This document shows, one piece after another, positions 15,753-25,447 of a stretch of DNA of 64,000 nt. The stretch is taken from NCBI GenBank assembly GCA_024404495.1, contig JAKSPT010000005.1, positions 6,483-70,482 of the forward strand, read 5' to 3'. The notes under the pieces are model-generated. The model saw only the letters and a program-made list of their open reading frames with translations. It searched no databases and had not been told where the DNA came from. Position numbers and translations under genes: made by a program. The first letter of the stretch is position 1. Each line of letters starts with the position of its first letter. Source of the DNA: Lachnospiraceae bacterium (GTDB lineage: Bacteria > Bacillota > Clostridia > Oscillospirales > CAG-272).

Positions 15753-17414
15753 TCACCGCTGACAAAGCAGTTTTCCCGCCTGCTTTCCCTCCGCGTTGAG
15801 GCGGAAAAGGGCTTCAAGCGTGTCCGCACCGTAATAATCGGCGAAATACGTATGGGTCCGGTTGTCGGGGTCCTCAAACGCCGCGACGGCGTCGGTATTC
15901 GACGTGACGGAGGAGACCAAAACCGTCTTATCCGGGTCCTCCGTGACCGTCAGCGTTCCGTCTTTCCCTATCCCGACCGTGCCGCGCTTTTCAAAAACAT
16001 CGTTTATGGAAAGGAGGGACAGGAGCAGGTCATTCCGATCCGCGTCCGCGTTCCGGAAGCGGTTTGCCCTCAGAGTGCAGGCGTTTCCGAAACCGTCTTC
16101 CGCGGCGAAGTGAAAGCCGTCCCACCAGTCGCCGTCCTGCCGGTAGTATTTCAGGGTGTCCTCGGTGAGGACGACGGTCTCGCTTTCAAGGCAGACGAGA
16201 AAACTTCCGTCGATCAGCGAAAACGAACGGTCCGTTCCTTCTTCGATCAGCCCGTTCAGCGGCAGATCGGTCTGCTTTCCGTAAGCCGAAAGGACCGCGT
16301 ACCTGTACTCGTAATCAAGGAACACCGATCCGGGAGCGTCGGTAAAGGTGAAACGGTATGTTTTTTTCGTCGTTTGTCCGCTGCTGATCAGGCTGTCCAG
16401 AGCCCGTGCGGCTTCCTTGAACCCGGCGAGGGAAACGGTGCGTTCTTCCGGCTGTTCCCAAGCGGGGTCGGGGATACCGAGAGCTTTTCTTCTGTTTTTG
16501 GCGCTCAGGTCGCCGAGTGAGGTGCAGCCGAGCACGCCGTTCCAGTATGCGGGATCGCTCCGGTAAGCGTCGAGTGCTTCCATACAGATCGGGGTATTGA
16601 AAAGCGTCGTGACCTTTACGATGTCCTTGACCGGATAGCCCTTTTCGCTGATCGTGACGGTGCCGACCGCCTCCCATTCGGGCGCGTCAAGGTAGGAGAT
16701 CAGGCGGCTGAAAACGTCCTCGACCGTTTTGACGTTGTACGCGGTGTCGCGGAACCGCAGAACGCCGTTTTCTTCGGCTATCGTGAGGAAAAAGACGTCG
16801 CCCTCCCGTTCCTGCACGTAAGAGCCGCCTTCCGCGAAGAAATAATACCCGGTCGCGGTCGGGACCATCAGCCTGCCGTTCTGTGTGACGGCGGGTTCTT
16901 CGGTCCCGTTCAGGTCTTCCATGCCGATCGACTGCGTCTGCCCGTAAACGGTCAGAGCGATATAAAGCCGGGAGGGCAGCGGGATGACCGCTTCTCCCTC
17001 AATATCGGTAAACCCGATCGTGATCTGCTTTTTCGTCGGATATTGGTCGGCGAAAGTCGAATCGATTCCGGAGATCACCTGCCGGAGGTTTTTGGATTCG
17101 GTGAGAATATCGTATTTTTCTGTTTCGGCAGGCTCGGTCTCCGGTTCGGTCACGGATTCCGTTTCGGAGGTCACCGATTCCGGAGCGTCGGGCGGCCGAC
17201 CGCCTTTTCCGATCTTTTTCCAGTCGATCAGGGTCGGGATCAGGATCAGCGTGAGGACCGCCGCGAGCCCGAGCAGTCCGGCGGCCGTTTTGCGGATCGG
17301 ATGCGATTCCGGCTCTGTCACGGCAAGGGGTTCCGACGCCTCGGCGATCAGAGCGTCCGAGAGCTCGCCCATCGAGGCAAGCAGCGAAAAGCCGCGTTCA
17401 TTGACATTGTTCAC
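15753..17414 (-). CDS. single-pass membrane protein downstream of a sigma factor (anti-sigma / sigma-associated candidate), large extracytoplasmic domain of unknown fold
   Basis: GTG start overlapping the sigma stop. Short cytoplasmic N-terminus (MGELSDALIAEASEP), one TM (AAGLLGLAAVLTLILIPTLI), ~470 aa outside. Confidence 0.45.
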   Translation of the reverse strand: MNNVNERGFSLLASMGELSDALIAEASEPLAVTEPESHPIRKTAAGLLGLAAVLTLILIPTLIDWKKIGKGGRPPDAPESVTSETESVTEPETEPAETEKYDILTESKNLRQVISGIDSTFADQYPTKKQITIGFTDIEGEAVIPLPSRLYIALTVYGQTQSIGMEDLNGTEEPAVTQNGRLMVPTATGYYFFAEGGSYVQEREGDVFFLTIAEENGVLRFRDTAYNVKTVEDVFSRLISYLDAPEWEAVGTVTISEKGYPVKDIVKVTTLFNTPICMEALDAYRSDPAYWNGVLGCTSLGDLSAKNRRKALGIPDPAWEQPEERTVSLAGFKEAARALDSLISSGQTTKKTYRFTFTDAPGSVFLDYEYRYAVLSAYGKQTDLPLNGLIEEGTDRSFSLIDGSFLVCLESETVVLTEDTLKYYRQDGDWWDGFHFAAEDGFGNACTLRANRFRNADADRNDLLLSLLSINDVFEKRGTVGIGKDGTLTVTEDPDKTVLVSSVTSNTDAVAAFEDPDNRTHTYFADYYGADTLEALFRLNAEGKQAGKLLCQR

Positions 17415-17968
17415 GGTTCAATTCCCTCCTTTGTCAGTAGTTCCCGGATCTCTTCCCGCATCCGGCAGAGCGTGACCCGGACCGATCCGGTGCTTTTTCC
17501 GGAAAGACGTGCGATCTCTGCGTGATCGTCCCCGTAAAAATAGCGTCTGACGAAGAGAAACCGCCGTTCCTTCTCCTGCGAGAGCAGGTAGCGCTCGATG
17601 ATTTGCACGGCGGCGCGGTCGTCGATCATCCGGTCGATCGAAAGCGGATCGGGAAGGCACTCCGCCATCTCCTCCGAAAGCGACGCGACGGCGGCGGAAT
17701 GCTTCAGCGCGCTTTTGTCCCTGAGCCTCGTATAGCAGAGGTTCCGTCCGACCTTGACCAGCCACGCGAAAAAGTTGAGCGGCTTTTGCGGCGGGATGGC
17801 GTTCCATGCGTGCAGATAGGTGTCGTTTTCGCATTCCTCCGCGTCCGGGCGGCTTTTCACGATATTCTGACAGATACGGACGAGGCTGCCGCCGTATTTC
17901 TTTTTCGTTTCGAGGATCGCGTCCTCGTTCCGGTCGAAATACAGACCGATGATCTTGCTGTCTTCCAA
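17411..17968 (-). CDS. sigma-70 family (ECF-like) RNA polymerase sigma factor
   Basis: TTG start with GGAGGG RBS. Region 2-like DTYLHAWNAI. Region 4 HTH HAEIARLSGKSTGSVRVTLCRMREEI. Confidence 0.8.
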   Translation of the reverse strand: MEDSKIIGLYFDRNEDAILETKKKYGGSLVRICQNIVKSRPDAEECENDTYLHAWNAIPPQKPLNFFAWLVKVGRNLCYTRLRDKSALKHSAAVASLSEEMAECLPDPLSIDRMIDDRAAVQIIERYLLSQEKERRFLFVRRYFYGDDHAEIARLSGKSTGSVRVTLCRMREEIRELLTKEGIEP

Positions 17969-18062
17969 ACCGTTCCCTCCTTTTCCGAAGAGTTCCTTCT
18001 GCCCGTAAAGACGGCAGAACGCGGGGTTTTGTTACGGATTATTTGAAAAAAGCTTCTGTTCG

Positions 18063-18096
18063 TCAAAAAGCGCCGGAGGATGCAGCCCCGGCGCTT
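18063..18096 (-). terminator. intrinsic terminator of the TetR gene (minus strand)
   Basis: aagcgccgg...ccggcgctt 9-bp stem. On the minus strand it is followed by tttttgacg. Confidence 0.7.
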
Positions 18097-18128
18097 CGTT
18101 TTGCTGACGGTATTTGCCGAAACGGTCG

Positions 18129-18812
18129 TTACGCCTTCGGCGCTTCCTCACGCAGCTTTCCCATCAGAAGCGGCATAACGACGTCTCCGTATTCCGCGAG
18201 GGAATAATCGCCGCGCGAGAGGCACCAGTCGTACAGAATGCTGCGCTCGCAAAGCGCGTAGAGGCGGACGAGCTCGTTGACGGTCTTCGTTTTCACGATC
18301 TCGCCGCGCTCCTGCCCGCGCGTAAAGATGCTGCGAAGCATCCGGTAATACACGCGGGAACGGTCGAGGAACTGCTTTTCCCCGTTCTGCGTGAGCTGCG
18401 CGGCGTACATCCTTGCGAGCAGGTCGATGTCTACTCTTTGTTCAATCATCGAAAACAGCTCGTGCGTCAGATAAAACAGCGTGTCAAGGGCGTTGGCGTC
18501 GGGATCGAGGGAGACCGAAAGCTCCTCGTATTTTTCGTCGAACAGATACGCCATCGTGCCGAGCAGCGCCTCTTTTCCGGAGAAATAGTGGTAAAACGAC
18601 CCGCGGGAGGTTTTGGATTCCCACAAAATCTCCTCGATCGTCGTGTTTTCATAGCCGTTTTCGTAGAACAGCTTCCACGCCGCGTCAACGATGCGGCTTT
18701 TCGTGTTTTTCGGGTTTTTCACGTTTCTCGTATGCTCTCCGTTCTGCTTTTCGTTCTTGTTTTTATCATAACATAAACCGGGGAAAAAAGCAAGCCGCTC
18801 CGAAAAAAACAC
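18129..18812 (-). CDS. TetR/AcrR-family transcriptional regulator (true start probably downstream of the annotated Met)
   Basis: KSRIVDAAWKLFYENGYENTTIEEILWESKTSRGSFYHYFSGKEALL is the TetR N-terminal HTH. Confidence 0.85.
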   Translation of the reverse strand: MFFSERLAFFPGLCYDKNKNEKQNGEHTRNVKNPKNTKSRIVDAAWKLFYENGYENTTIEEILWESKTSRGSFYHYFSGKEALLGTMAYLFDEKYEELSVSLDPDANALDTLFYLTHELFSMIEQRVDIDLLARMYAAQLTQNGEKQFLDRSRVYYRMLRSIFTRGQERGEIVKTKTVNELVRLYALCERSILYDWCLSRGDYSLAEYGDVVMPLLMGKLREEAPKA

Positions 18813-18858
18813 AGCCTCCGGAAAAACCGGGGGCTGTGCCGTTCAATAGAGGGAAAGA

Positions 18859-20364
18859 TCAGTCGTCGATATCCTTCGCGGTGGCGGCGTCGAAGATCGC
18901 CGTGACCTTTTCGGAGGGCTGTTTATCAAGCAGAGTGACGATCACGGAGACCGCCATGCTGACGAGGAAGCCGGGAACGAGCTCGTAAAGACCGGTGGGC
19001 CCGGAGAGGAAGATAAGCCACAGGACGTCAACGAGCGCACCGGAGATCACGCCTGCGACGGCGCCCTTGTAGGTGAAGCGTCTCCAGAAGACAGAGAGGA
19101 TCACGACCGAACCGAAGGCGGAGCCGAAGCCTGCCCACGCGTTTTCGACCATATTCATGATCGCCTGCGCGCCCGAGCCCTTGGAGCTCGCGATGAAGTA
19201 CGCGATGACCGCGATCACGAACACGACGCCGCGGCCGATCCAGAGGGTCTCCTGATCGGAAGCCTTTTTGCGAAAGACGGGCTTGTAGATATCGGAGGTG
19301 AAGGACGAGGAGGCGACGAGGAGCTGGCTGTCCGCCGTGGACATCGAAGCGGCGATGATCGCCGAGAGGAGGATGCCGGCGAGTACGGGCGGGAAGAGCT
19401 TTCTCGCGAGGGTGACGAAGATCAGCTTCTGATTGCCGTCCGGAAGAAGCTCCTCCGCGACGAGCATTCTGCCGAGGTAGGAGATGACCATAACGGCGCC
19501 GAGCGAAAGAACGACCCAAACGATGGCGACGATCGCGGATTTTTTGACCATCGACGGCTTTTTGATCGCCATGAAGCGGACGAGGATATGCGGCATACCG
19601 AAGTAGCCGAGACCCCACGCGAGACCGTTGATGATCTCAAGCGGCGTCGCGGAGAAGACGTTTGAGGTAAAGGAGCAGGACACCGCGGTTTCACCGTCCA
19701 TATAGGTGTAAACCTTGGCGAGGAGCGACGTGTCGAGGTCCTTGGTGAGAACGATGACGATCGGGATCGCGAGAACGGCGATCAGCATCAGCGTTCCCTG
19801 GAAGAAGTCGGTCCAGCAGACCGCCTTGTACCCGCCGAGGAAGGTGTAGACGATCAGGATCGCCGCAAAGACGAGCATTGCGGTCCCGGTGCTGATCTGC
19901 GGGAAGATCGTCGTGAAGACGCTTGCGCCCGCGACGAAGCTGGAGGCGACGTAAACGGTGAAGCAGACGAGGAAGACGATCGCGCAGACGATCTGCAGGG
20001 TCAGGCTCTTCGTCGCGAAGCGGTTGGAAAGATACTGGGGAAGGGTGATCGAGTCGTTCGCGGCTTTGGAGAATCTGCGGAGCCTGCGGGCGATCAGAAT
20101 CCAGTTGGCGGCGGTGCCGAGCGCAAGACCGATCCCGATCCACGCCTGCCCCATACCGAAGGCGAGCAGCGAGCCGGGGAGACCCATCAGCAGCCGCGCG
20201 CTCATATCGGACGCCTGCGCGCTCATCGCGGTGACCCACGGTCCCATCGAGCGTCCGCCGAGGAAGTATTCCTTTTCTCCGCTCTGCTTTCTGCCGCGGA
20301 TAAAGAAGAAAATGCCGATGCCGAGCATCAGGACGAAATAGAGTATGAATACGGTCAGTTCCAT
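18859..20364 (-). CDS. sodium:solute symporter family transporter (PutP/PanF-like)
   Basis: 501 aa, polytopic. N-terminal EYFLGGRSMGPWVTAMSAQASDMSARLLMGLPG is the SSS signature. Confidence 0.8.
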   Translation of the reverse strand: MELTVFILYFVLMLGIGIFFFIRGRKQSGEKEYFLGGRSMGPWVTAMSAQASDMSARLLMGLPGSLLAFGMGQAWIGIGLALGTAANWILIARRLRRFSKAANDSITLPQYLSNRFATKSLTLQIVCAIVFLVCFTVYVASSFVAGASVFTTIFPQISTGTAMLVFAAILIVYTFLGGYKAVCWTDFFQGTLMLIAVLAIPIVIVLTKDLDTSLLAKVYTYMDGETAVSCSFTSNVFSATPLEIINGLAWGLGYFGMPHILVRFMAIKKPSMVKKSAIVAIVWVVLSLGAVMVISYLGRMLVAEELLPDGNQKLIFVTLARKLFPPVLAGILLSAIIAASMSTADSQLLVASSSFTSDIYKPVFRKKASDQETLWIGRGVVFVIAVIAYFIASSKGSGAQAIMNMVENAWAGFGSAFGSVVILSVFWRRFTYKGAVAGVISGALVDVLWLIFLSGPTGLYELVPGFLVSMAVSVIVTLLDKQPSEKVTAIFDAATAKDIDD

Positions 20365-20552
20365 ATTTGTGAATTATTCATTCCTTTCAATAGGATGTTG
20401 TTTATCATACCACACCAAACGGCAGAATGCAATACGGAATTTGTTCTATACGACAATCTATACAGAAACAGCAAAAAACAGAAAAAACAAGTCTATATAG
20501 CATAAAAGCGAATATACAATACCGAAGAAGACAATATAAATAAAATGAAATA

Positions 20553-20592
20553 CACAAAAGAAAAATCCGCCGTTCCGTTCGGAACGGCGGAT
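20553..20592 (-). terminator. intrinsic terminator of the PL8 gene (minus strand)
   Basis: atccgccgttcc-gttc-ggaacggcggat. The minus-strand hairpin is followed by ttttcttttgtg. Confidence 0.8.
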
Positions 20593-20603
20593 GGTCGATG
20601 CCA

Positions 20604-22463
20604 TTACAGGATCACGCAGGTCCCGGCTTCGCCGTGAAGCAGGGTCTTTCCCTTGTAAATCAGGTCGCCCGCCTCGTGGAAGACCGCCATCACGGTCCCG
20701 TCGGCAAGCTCGATCGCCTGCAGCGCGGGGGTGTTGGAGAGCACCTTCGCGCCCGCCTTCTTTCCTCTCGGGGAAACGGCGTAGGCGTAGGAATCCTTCC
20801 CGGGCTTTACGGGGATATAGGCAAGGAAGACCTTGCCGGTCTCGTGCGTGTAGGCTTCCTCGAAGCTGTTGCGCTTCCACGAGCCCTCTCTCTTTTCGAC
20901 CTTCGCGACGATCTCGGTTTCGGGATCGAGGGTTTCGTAGGTAAAGCCGCCGTTCGAGGCGCGGTGCTTTCCGATCCTCGGAGAGACGGGGAGGCACTGA
21001 TCGAGCGTCGTGGTCAGCGGCTTTCCGTTCTCCTTTTCGTCGCGGATGCCCGCGCCGAGCGAGACGAGATTGCCGTCGAAGACGAAGAACGCTGTCATCA
21101 GGGAAATGCCGTCGTGCTCGGGCTTCTCGAAGACGATGCCGCGGTCCCCGCTGACGAGTCCGCCGACGTGGTCGTTCGGGAGGGGCAGACACCACCAGTT
21201 GCGGTGGGCAAGCAGCTCGGCGTCGGTCTCGATCCTTGCGGTCGTGCCCGGAACGTGCGCCCAATCGTAGATCGGGTTGAGGTCGTAGTATTCGTTGCCG
21301 CGGCGCATCAGGCAGTAATGCGTGCCGTAGGACATATTGTAGCAGAGCTCGCCCTCGGAGTTGCAGATCTCGGCGTCGTACTGATCGTTCGCGTGGCACT
21401 TGATGCCGAAGTAGCTGCCGTTCTTTCTCTGGGAAAGGAAGGAAATGCGCGGGAACCAGACGGTCGCCGGGTAGGGATCGGTTTCGTCCTCGACCGCGCC
21501 GCGGTCGATATCGTGAACGAAGGCAAGCAGCTCGTCGCGGCGGGGAAGGTCTTCGATCGTTGCGAGCATACGGATGCCGTAGATCATTTCCACGCGGTTG
21601 AGCGTACCGCGGCGGGAGATCTCTCTGCCGACGCCTGCGTAATCGAAATAGCCGTGGATCATCATTCTTCTCTGTCCGTCGAGGACGTGCTGCAGGAAGA
21701 CATCAATCCGTTCCCTCGGGAAGGCATAGGAGGTGCCGCTGAAGAGCCAGACGAGCTGGGAAAGGTCAAAGGTATAGGAGGCGCCGTAGCCGCCGGAATA
21801 CCATCTCGGACCGTGCTGATAGAAGGAGCCGTCGGGCTGGATGCCTTCATTCGTGTACGCCATTTCGAGCTCGATGCGCGCCTCGCAGGCGCGGAGCAGC
21901 TCTGCGTCCTCGGAAAGGAGGGCGTGGCGGATCGAGTTGTAGATGCCCCAGATCAGGTTCGCGCCGCCCCATCTTGTAACATCGGAACGGGTTTTGATCG
22001 AACCGCGGCTGACGAGTCCGATTGTCTTTTCCGTTTCTTCGGGTGTCAGGTATTCGCGGAGCAGCAGACCGATATCGCCGATATGGCTGGGCATCCCGAT
22101 GTCGTTATGCCACCAGTTCGGGTTTCTGTAATCGTGGATCAGCCAGTAACGGAGTGCGCCGAGCGCCTTTTCACGGAAGGCGGCGTCGGCAGCAAGGCGT
22201 TCTTTTCCGCCGTTGACGAGCATGGATTCCAGCCGGTGATAATGCTGCGATGCCTGCCATGCGCCGGTACGGCTCATATCGGTGAAGTCGATATCGGGCC
22301 AGGTACAGGTGTCCGGCTCCGGACCGGGGACGAGCCCGTTTACCAGCTTGTCGGCGGTGTCGGTCATCACGCCCTGCACGTTTTCGCGGAAGCAGCCGCT
22401 GAAAAGCAGGTCGACGTAGCGATCCCTGATCGCGAGAAGGTCTTTCATATTCCGATCGTTCAT
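20604..22463 (-). CDS. polysaccharide lyase family 8 (xanthan/hyaluronate/chondroitin-AC lyase family), apparently cytoplasmic
   Basis: Start moved to MNDRNMKDLL (GGAGGGAA RBS 5 nt upstream). Motifs NPNWWHNDIGMP, GANLIWG, GIQPDGSFYQHGPRWYSGGYG are typical of PL8. No signal peptide. Confidence 0.75.
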   Translation of the reverse strand: MNDRNMKDLLAIRDRYVDLLFSGCFRENVQGVMTDTADKLVNGLVPGPEPDTCTWPDIDFTDMSRTGAWQASQHYHRLESMLVNGGKERLAADAAFREKALGALRYWLIHDYRNPNWWHNDIGMPSHIGDIGLLLREYLTPEETEKTIGLVSRGSIKTRSDVTRWGGANLIWGIYNSIRHALLSEDAELLRACEARIELEMAYTNEGIQPDGSFYQHGPRWYSGGYGASYTFDLSQLVWLFSGTSYAFPRERIDVFLQHVLDGQRRMMIHGYFDYAGVGREISRRGTLNRVEMIYGIRMLATIEDLPRRDELLAFVHDIDRGAVEDETDPYPATVWFPRISFLSQRKNGSYFGIKCHANDQYDAEICNSEGELCYNMSYGTHYCLMRRGNEYYDLNPIYDWAHVPGTTARIETDAELLAHRNWWCLPLPNDHVGGLVSGDRGIVFEKPEHDGISLMTAFFVFDGNLVSLGAGIRDEKENGKPLTTTLDQCLPVSPRIGKHRASNGGFTYETLDPETEIVAKVEKREGSWKRNSFEEAYTHETGKVFLAYIPVKPGKDSYAYAVSPRGKKAGAKVLSNTPALQAIELADGTVMAVFHEAGDLIYKGKTLLHGEAGTCVIL

Positions 22464-22628
22464 TTCGTTCCCTCCGTTTCCGGCATACGTCCGGAAAAGA
22501 TTTTTGATACTACGATTATAACACGGTTTCTCCCGAATTGCAATACCGGGAAGCGGAACGGAACCGTGTTTGTACACGGAACCGGCATTTTTCCGACGTC
22601 TGCGGTCGGAAAAAAACCCGAATTCCAC

Positions 22629-22656
22629 TTGAAAACGCGAAAAAGTTTGCTATAAT
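22629..22656 (+). promoter_or_regulatory. sigma-A-type promoter for the GH38 gene
   Basis: TTGAAA 22629-22634, 16-nt spacer, TATAAT 22651-22656. Confidence 0.55.
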
Positions 22657-22722
22657 GAAAGCAGAACCGTTTGCCGTATCTCATAGAAAGGAAGCTTTCG
22701 TCAAACGAAAGCAGACACGACG

Positions 22723-25182
22723 ATGAAAAAGAAAACGATCTGCTACCTTGTCGGCAACGCGCACCTCGACCCCGTCTGGCAGTGGCGCTGGCAGGAAGGG
22801 AGCGCCGAGGCAAAGGCTACCGTCCGTTCCGCGCTTGACCGGATGAAGGAGTTCCCCGAATTCCGCTTCGTCTGCTCCTCCGCCTCCGTTTACCGCTGGG
22901 TCGAGGCGTTTGCGCCCGGAATGTTTGAGGAAATCAAAGAACGGATCCGGGAGGGACGCTGGACGGTCGTCGGCGGATGGCACGTTCAGCCCGACTGCAA
23001 CCTGCCCTCCGGAGAGGGTTTTGCAAGACAGTCCCTTTACAGCCAGCGCTGGTTTTCGGAGAAGCTCGGCGTTACGGCGAAGGTCGGCTACAACGTCGAC
23101 TCCTTCGGTCATAACGCCAATATGCCGCAGATCTTAAAGAAGTCCGGGATGGATTCCTATATCTTCATGCGTCCTGCACCGCACGAAAAAGAGATGGAGA
23201 GCGACCTCTTCGAGTGGGTCGCCCCCGACGGCTCCTCCGTCACGACCTATCGGATCCTCGACCCGTACTGCTTCAATTTCGACACGCCCGAAAAGACCGA
23301 ACGGCGTTTCGACTACCTTGACGAAGCAACGAGGACCGATCTCGGTTTTCTGCCGGTGTTCTACGGCGTCGGGAACCACGGCGGCGGACCGACGGTCAGA
23401 AACCTTGAGCTTCTGCGCGGCTACGCGGCGGCGCATCCCGAAAAACGCCTGATCTATTCCGACCTTTCCGACTTCTTTGCCGCCGTCAGGCAAAGCGGGA
23501 AGCCGGTCCCGTCCTACTCCGGCGACCTGCAGCATCACGCTGCCGGATGCTACGCGACGGTGTTCCCGGTCAAGAACGGCATCCGCCGCGCGGAGAGCGA
23601 GCTGATCGCCGCCGAGGCTTTTGAGCGGATGGCGGCGGCGTTCGGCGCGGGGAAGGATTCCCGCGAAAAGCTGGCGGAGGCGTGGCAGAACGTCTGCTTC
23701 TGTCATTTCCACGACTCGATGGACGGCTGCTCGATCCGCGAGGTCTACGACGACGCCGCGCTGATGCTCGGTCACGCGCGGAATATCGCCGCGGTTGCCG
23801 AGAACAACGCCCTCCAGACCCTTTCGTGGCGGATCGGTACCGACCGCAGGGAAAAGGGGCTTCCGGTCGTGCTTTTCAACCCGCATTCGTTCCCGGTAAA
23901 GGCGCCGGTGCAGATCAACCGCGCGGCGGGAAGCGTCGTTACGGCATCCGGGGAACCGGTTCTTTGTCAGCCGGTCCTCTCCTCCACCTACGAGTGTACG
24001 TGGCGGCAGGATACCCTGTTTGAGGCGGAGGTCCCCGCGCTCGGCTGGGCGGTCTATTATGCGGGCGGGGACAAACCGAAGGAAGATGTCCCCTCTGCGG
24101 TCAGTGCGAAAAAGTGGACCGGATTCCGTACCGCGAACGAACGCGGCGGAACGGTGCTTGAAAACGGGCTCGTTTCGATCCGCTTCGAGGAATACAGCGG
24201 CTATATCACCTCCTTTTTCGATAAACGCACCGGAAAAGAGCGGATCGGCGGACGCGCCGCCGTTCCCGTCGTCATCGACGAATACTACCACGATACGTGG
24301 AGCCACGGAAAAACCTTCTTCACGGACGAGATGGCACGCTTCTCGGACGCCGAGGTCACCGTTACCGAAAACGGCCCCGTCCGTGCCTGCGTCAAGGTCG
24401 TAAGCCGATATAACCGTTCGACGCTGACCCAGTATTTTTCGCTGACCGCGGATTCCGACGTTCTGTCGGTGCGTCTCGTCGCGGACTGGCACGAGAAGCA
24501 CAAGATGCTGAAGATCGCTTATCCGATGGCACTGACCGATCCGACGGCGTTTTACGAGATCCCCTTCGGCGTCGTCGAACGCCCCGCCGACGGGGAGGAG
24601 GAGCCGGGGCTTCGCTGGACCGCCGTCCGCGGAAACGAAGGCGGGTACGCGCTGATCAACGACGGCACCTATTCTTCAAGCGTCGGAAACGGGACCTTGT
24701 ACCTGACCGCGCTGCGCAGCCCGATCTACGGGGACCACGGCGGTCCGCGCACGGAGGAAAGCGAATATACCGATCAGGGACGCATCGAATTCCGTTACGA
24801 GCTGTGCTCCTTCGGGCGGGACGACGGCTTTTCAACGCTCGTCCGGCGCGCCGCCGTTCTGAACAAGCCCCTCACGCCCGTCGTTGAAACGTGGCATCCC
24901 GGCGATCTTCCGGAAAAAACGGGAACCGTTTCCTGCGACCGTGAAAACGTCGTCGTTTCCGCGCTCAAGAGAAGCGAGGACGGAAGCGGTACGGTTTTGC
25001 GGATTTACGAGACCGACGGCAAAAAGACGGAGGTCACGCTTTCCGGCGCGGTACTGCCCTCTCCGCTGACCGCGGAGCTCGGCGCGTTCTCGGTCGATAC
25101 CTATTATCTGAAGGACGGAAGTGACCTTTGGGAAAAGGTCCTGCTCACGGAATTCCCGATCGGGACGGAAGAAGACCGGTAA
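22723..25182 (+). CDS. GH38 alpha-mannosidase, cytoplasmic
   Basis: N-terminal YLVGNAHLDPVWQWRWQEG, GGWHVQPDCNLPSGE, YNVDSFGHNANMPQIL are GH38 catalytic-domain motifs. 819 aa, no signal peptide. Confidence 0.9.
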   Translation: MKKKTICYLVGNAHLDPVWQWRWQEGSAEAKATVRSALDRMKEFPEFRFVCSSASVYRWVEAFAPGMFEEIKERIREGRWTVVGGWHVQPDCNLPSGEGFARQSLYSQRWFSEKLGVTAKVGYNVDSFGHNANMPQILKKSGMDSYIFMRPAPHEKEMESDLFEWVAPDGSSVTTYRILDPYCFNFDTPEKTERRFDYLDEATRTDLGFLPVFYGVGNHGGGPTVRNLELLRGYAAAHPEKRLIYSDLSDFFAAVRQSGKPVPSYSGDLQHHAAGCYATVFPVKNGIRRAESELIAAEAFERMAAAFGAGKDSREKLAEAWQNVCFCHFHDSMDGCSIREVYDDAALMLGHARNIAAVAENNALQTLSWRIGTDRREKGLPVVLFNPHSFPVKAPVQINRAAGSVVTASGEPVLCQPVLSSTYECTWRQDTLFEAEVPALGWAVYYAGGDKPKEDVPSAVSAKKWTGFRTANERGGTVLENGLVSIRFEEYSGYITSFFDKRTGKERIGGRAAVPVVIDEYYHDTWSHGKTFFTDEMARFSDAEVTVTENGPVRACVKVVSRYNRSTLTQYFSLTADSDVLSVRLVADWHEKHKMLKIAYPMALTDPTAFYEIPFGVVERPADGEEEPGLRWTAVRGNEGGYALINDGTYSSSVGNGTLYLTALRSPIYGDHGGPRTEESEYTDQGRIEFRYELCSFGRDDGFSTLVRRAAVLNKPLTPVVETWHPGDLPEKTGTVSCDRENVVVSALKRSEDGSGTVLRIYETDGKKTEVTLSGAVLPSPLTAELGAFSVDTYYLKDGSDLWEKVLLTEFPIGTEEDR

Positions 25183-25195
25183 GCATTCATACCGA

Positions 25196-25415
25196 CAAAA
25201 GGGGGTGTTGCACTAATGTGCAACACCCCCGGCAAATACGGCTCGGCGGCTGAACGCCGCCGTTTTGGCATATTTGCAACATAAAAAATGGCGTTATTCG
25301 AGCCAAAAACGCCGTATATTGCGCAAAACAGCGGAATCCTGACCGCTGTTTTGCCGATGCGAAGCATGTGGGCTGTTGATCGCTTCCGCTTTGCGGAAGC
25401 AGATGCAACAGCCCC
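25196..25415 (-). repeat. multi-hairpin repeat element copy B (inverted relative to copy A)
   Basis: The reverse complement equals 15380-15590 except that cacatgcttcgcatcg replaces ccc (net +13 nt) and the G5/C5 arms replace G7/C7. On the minus strand the terminal hairpin is followed by ttttgtc. Confidence 0.75.
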
Positions 25416-25447
25416 TTTGGTTTGGCGACAGGAATGCGGGGACGGGA

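Noticed and set aside
20365-20560. Possible T-box or riboswitch leader upstream of the PutP-like symporter.
   Set aside because: The region is AT-rich. I could not find the T-box consensus (AATTAGGGTGGTACCGCG-like) or any terminator/antiterminator pair. It is probably just a promoter plus 5' UTR.
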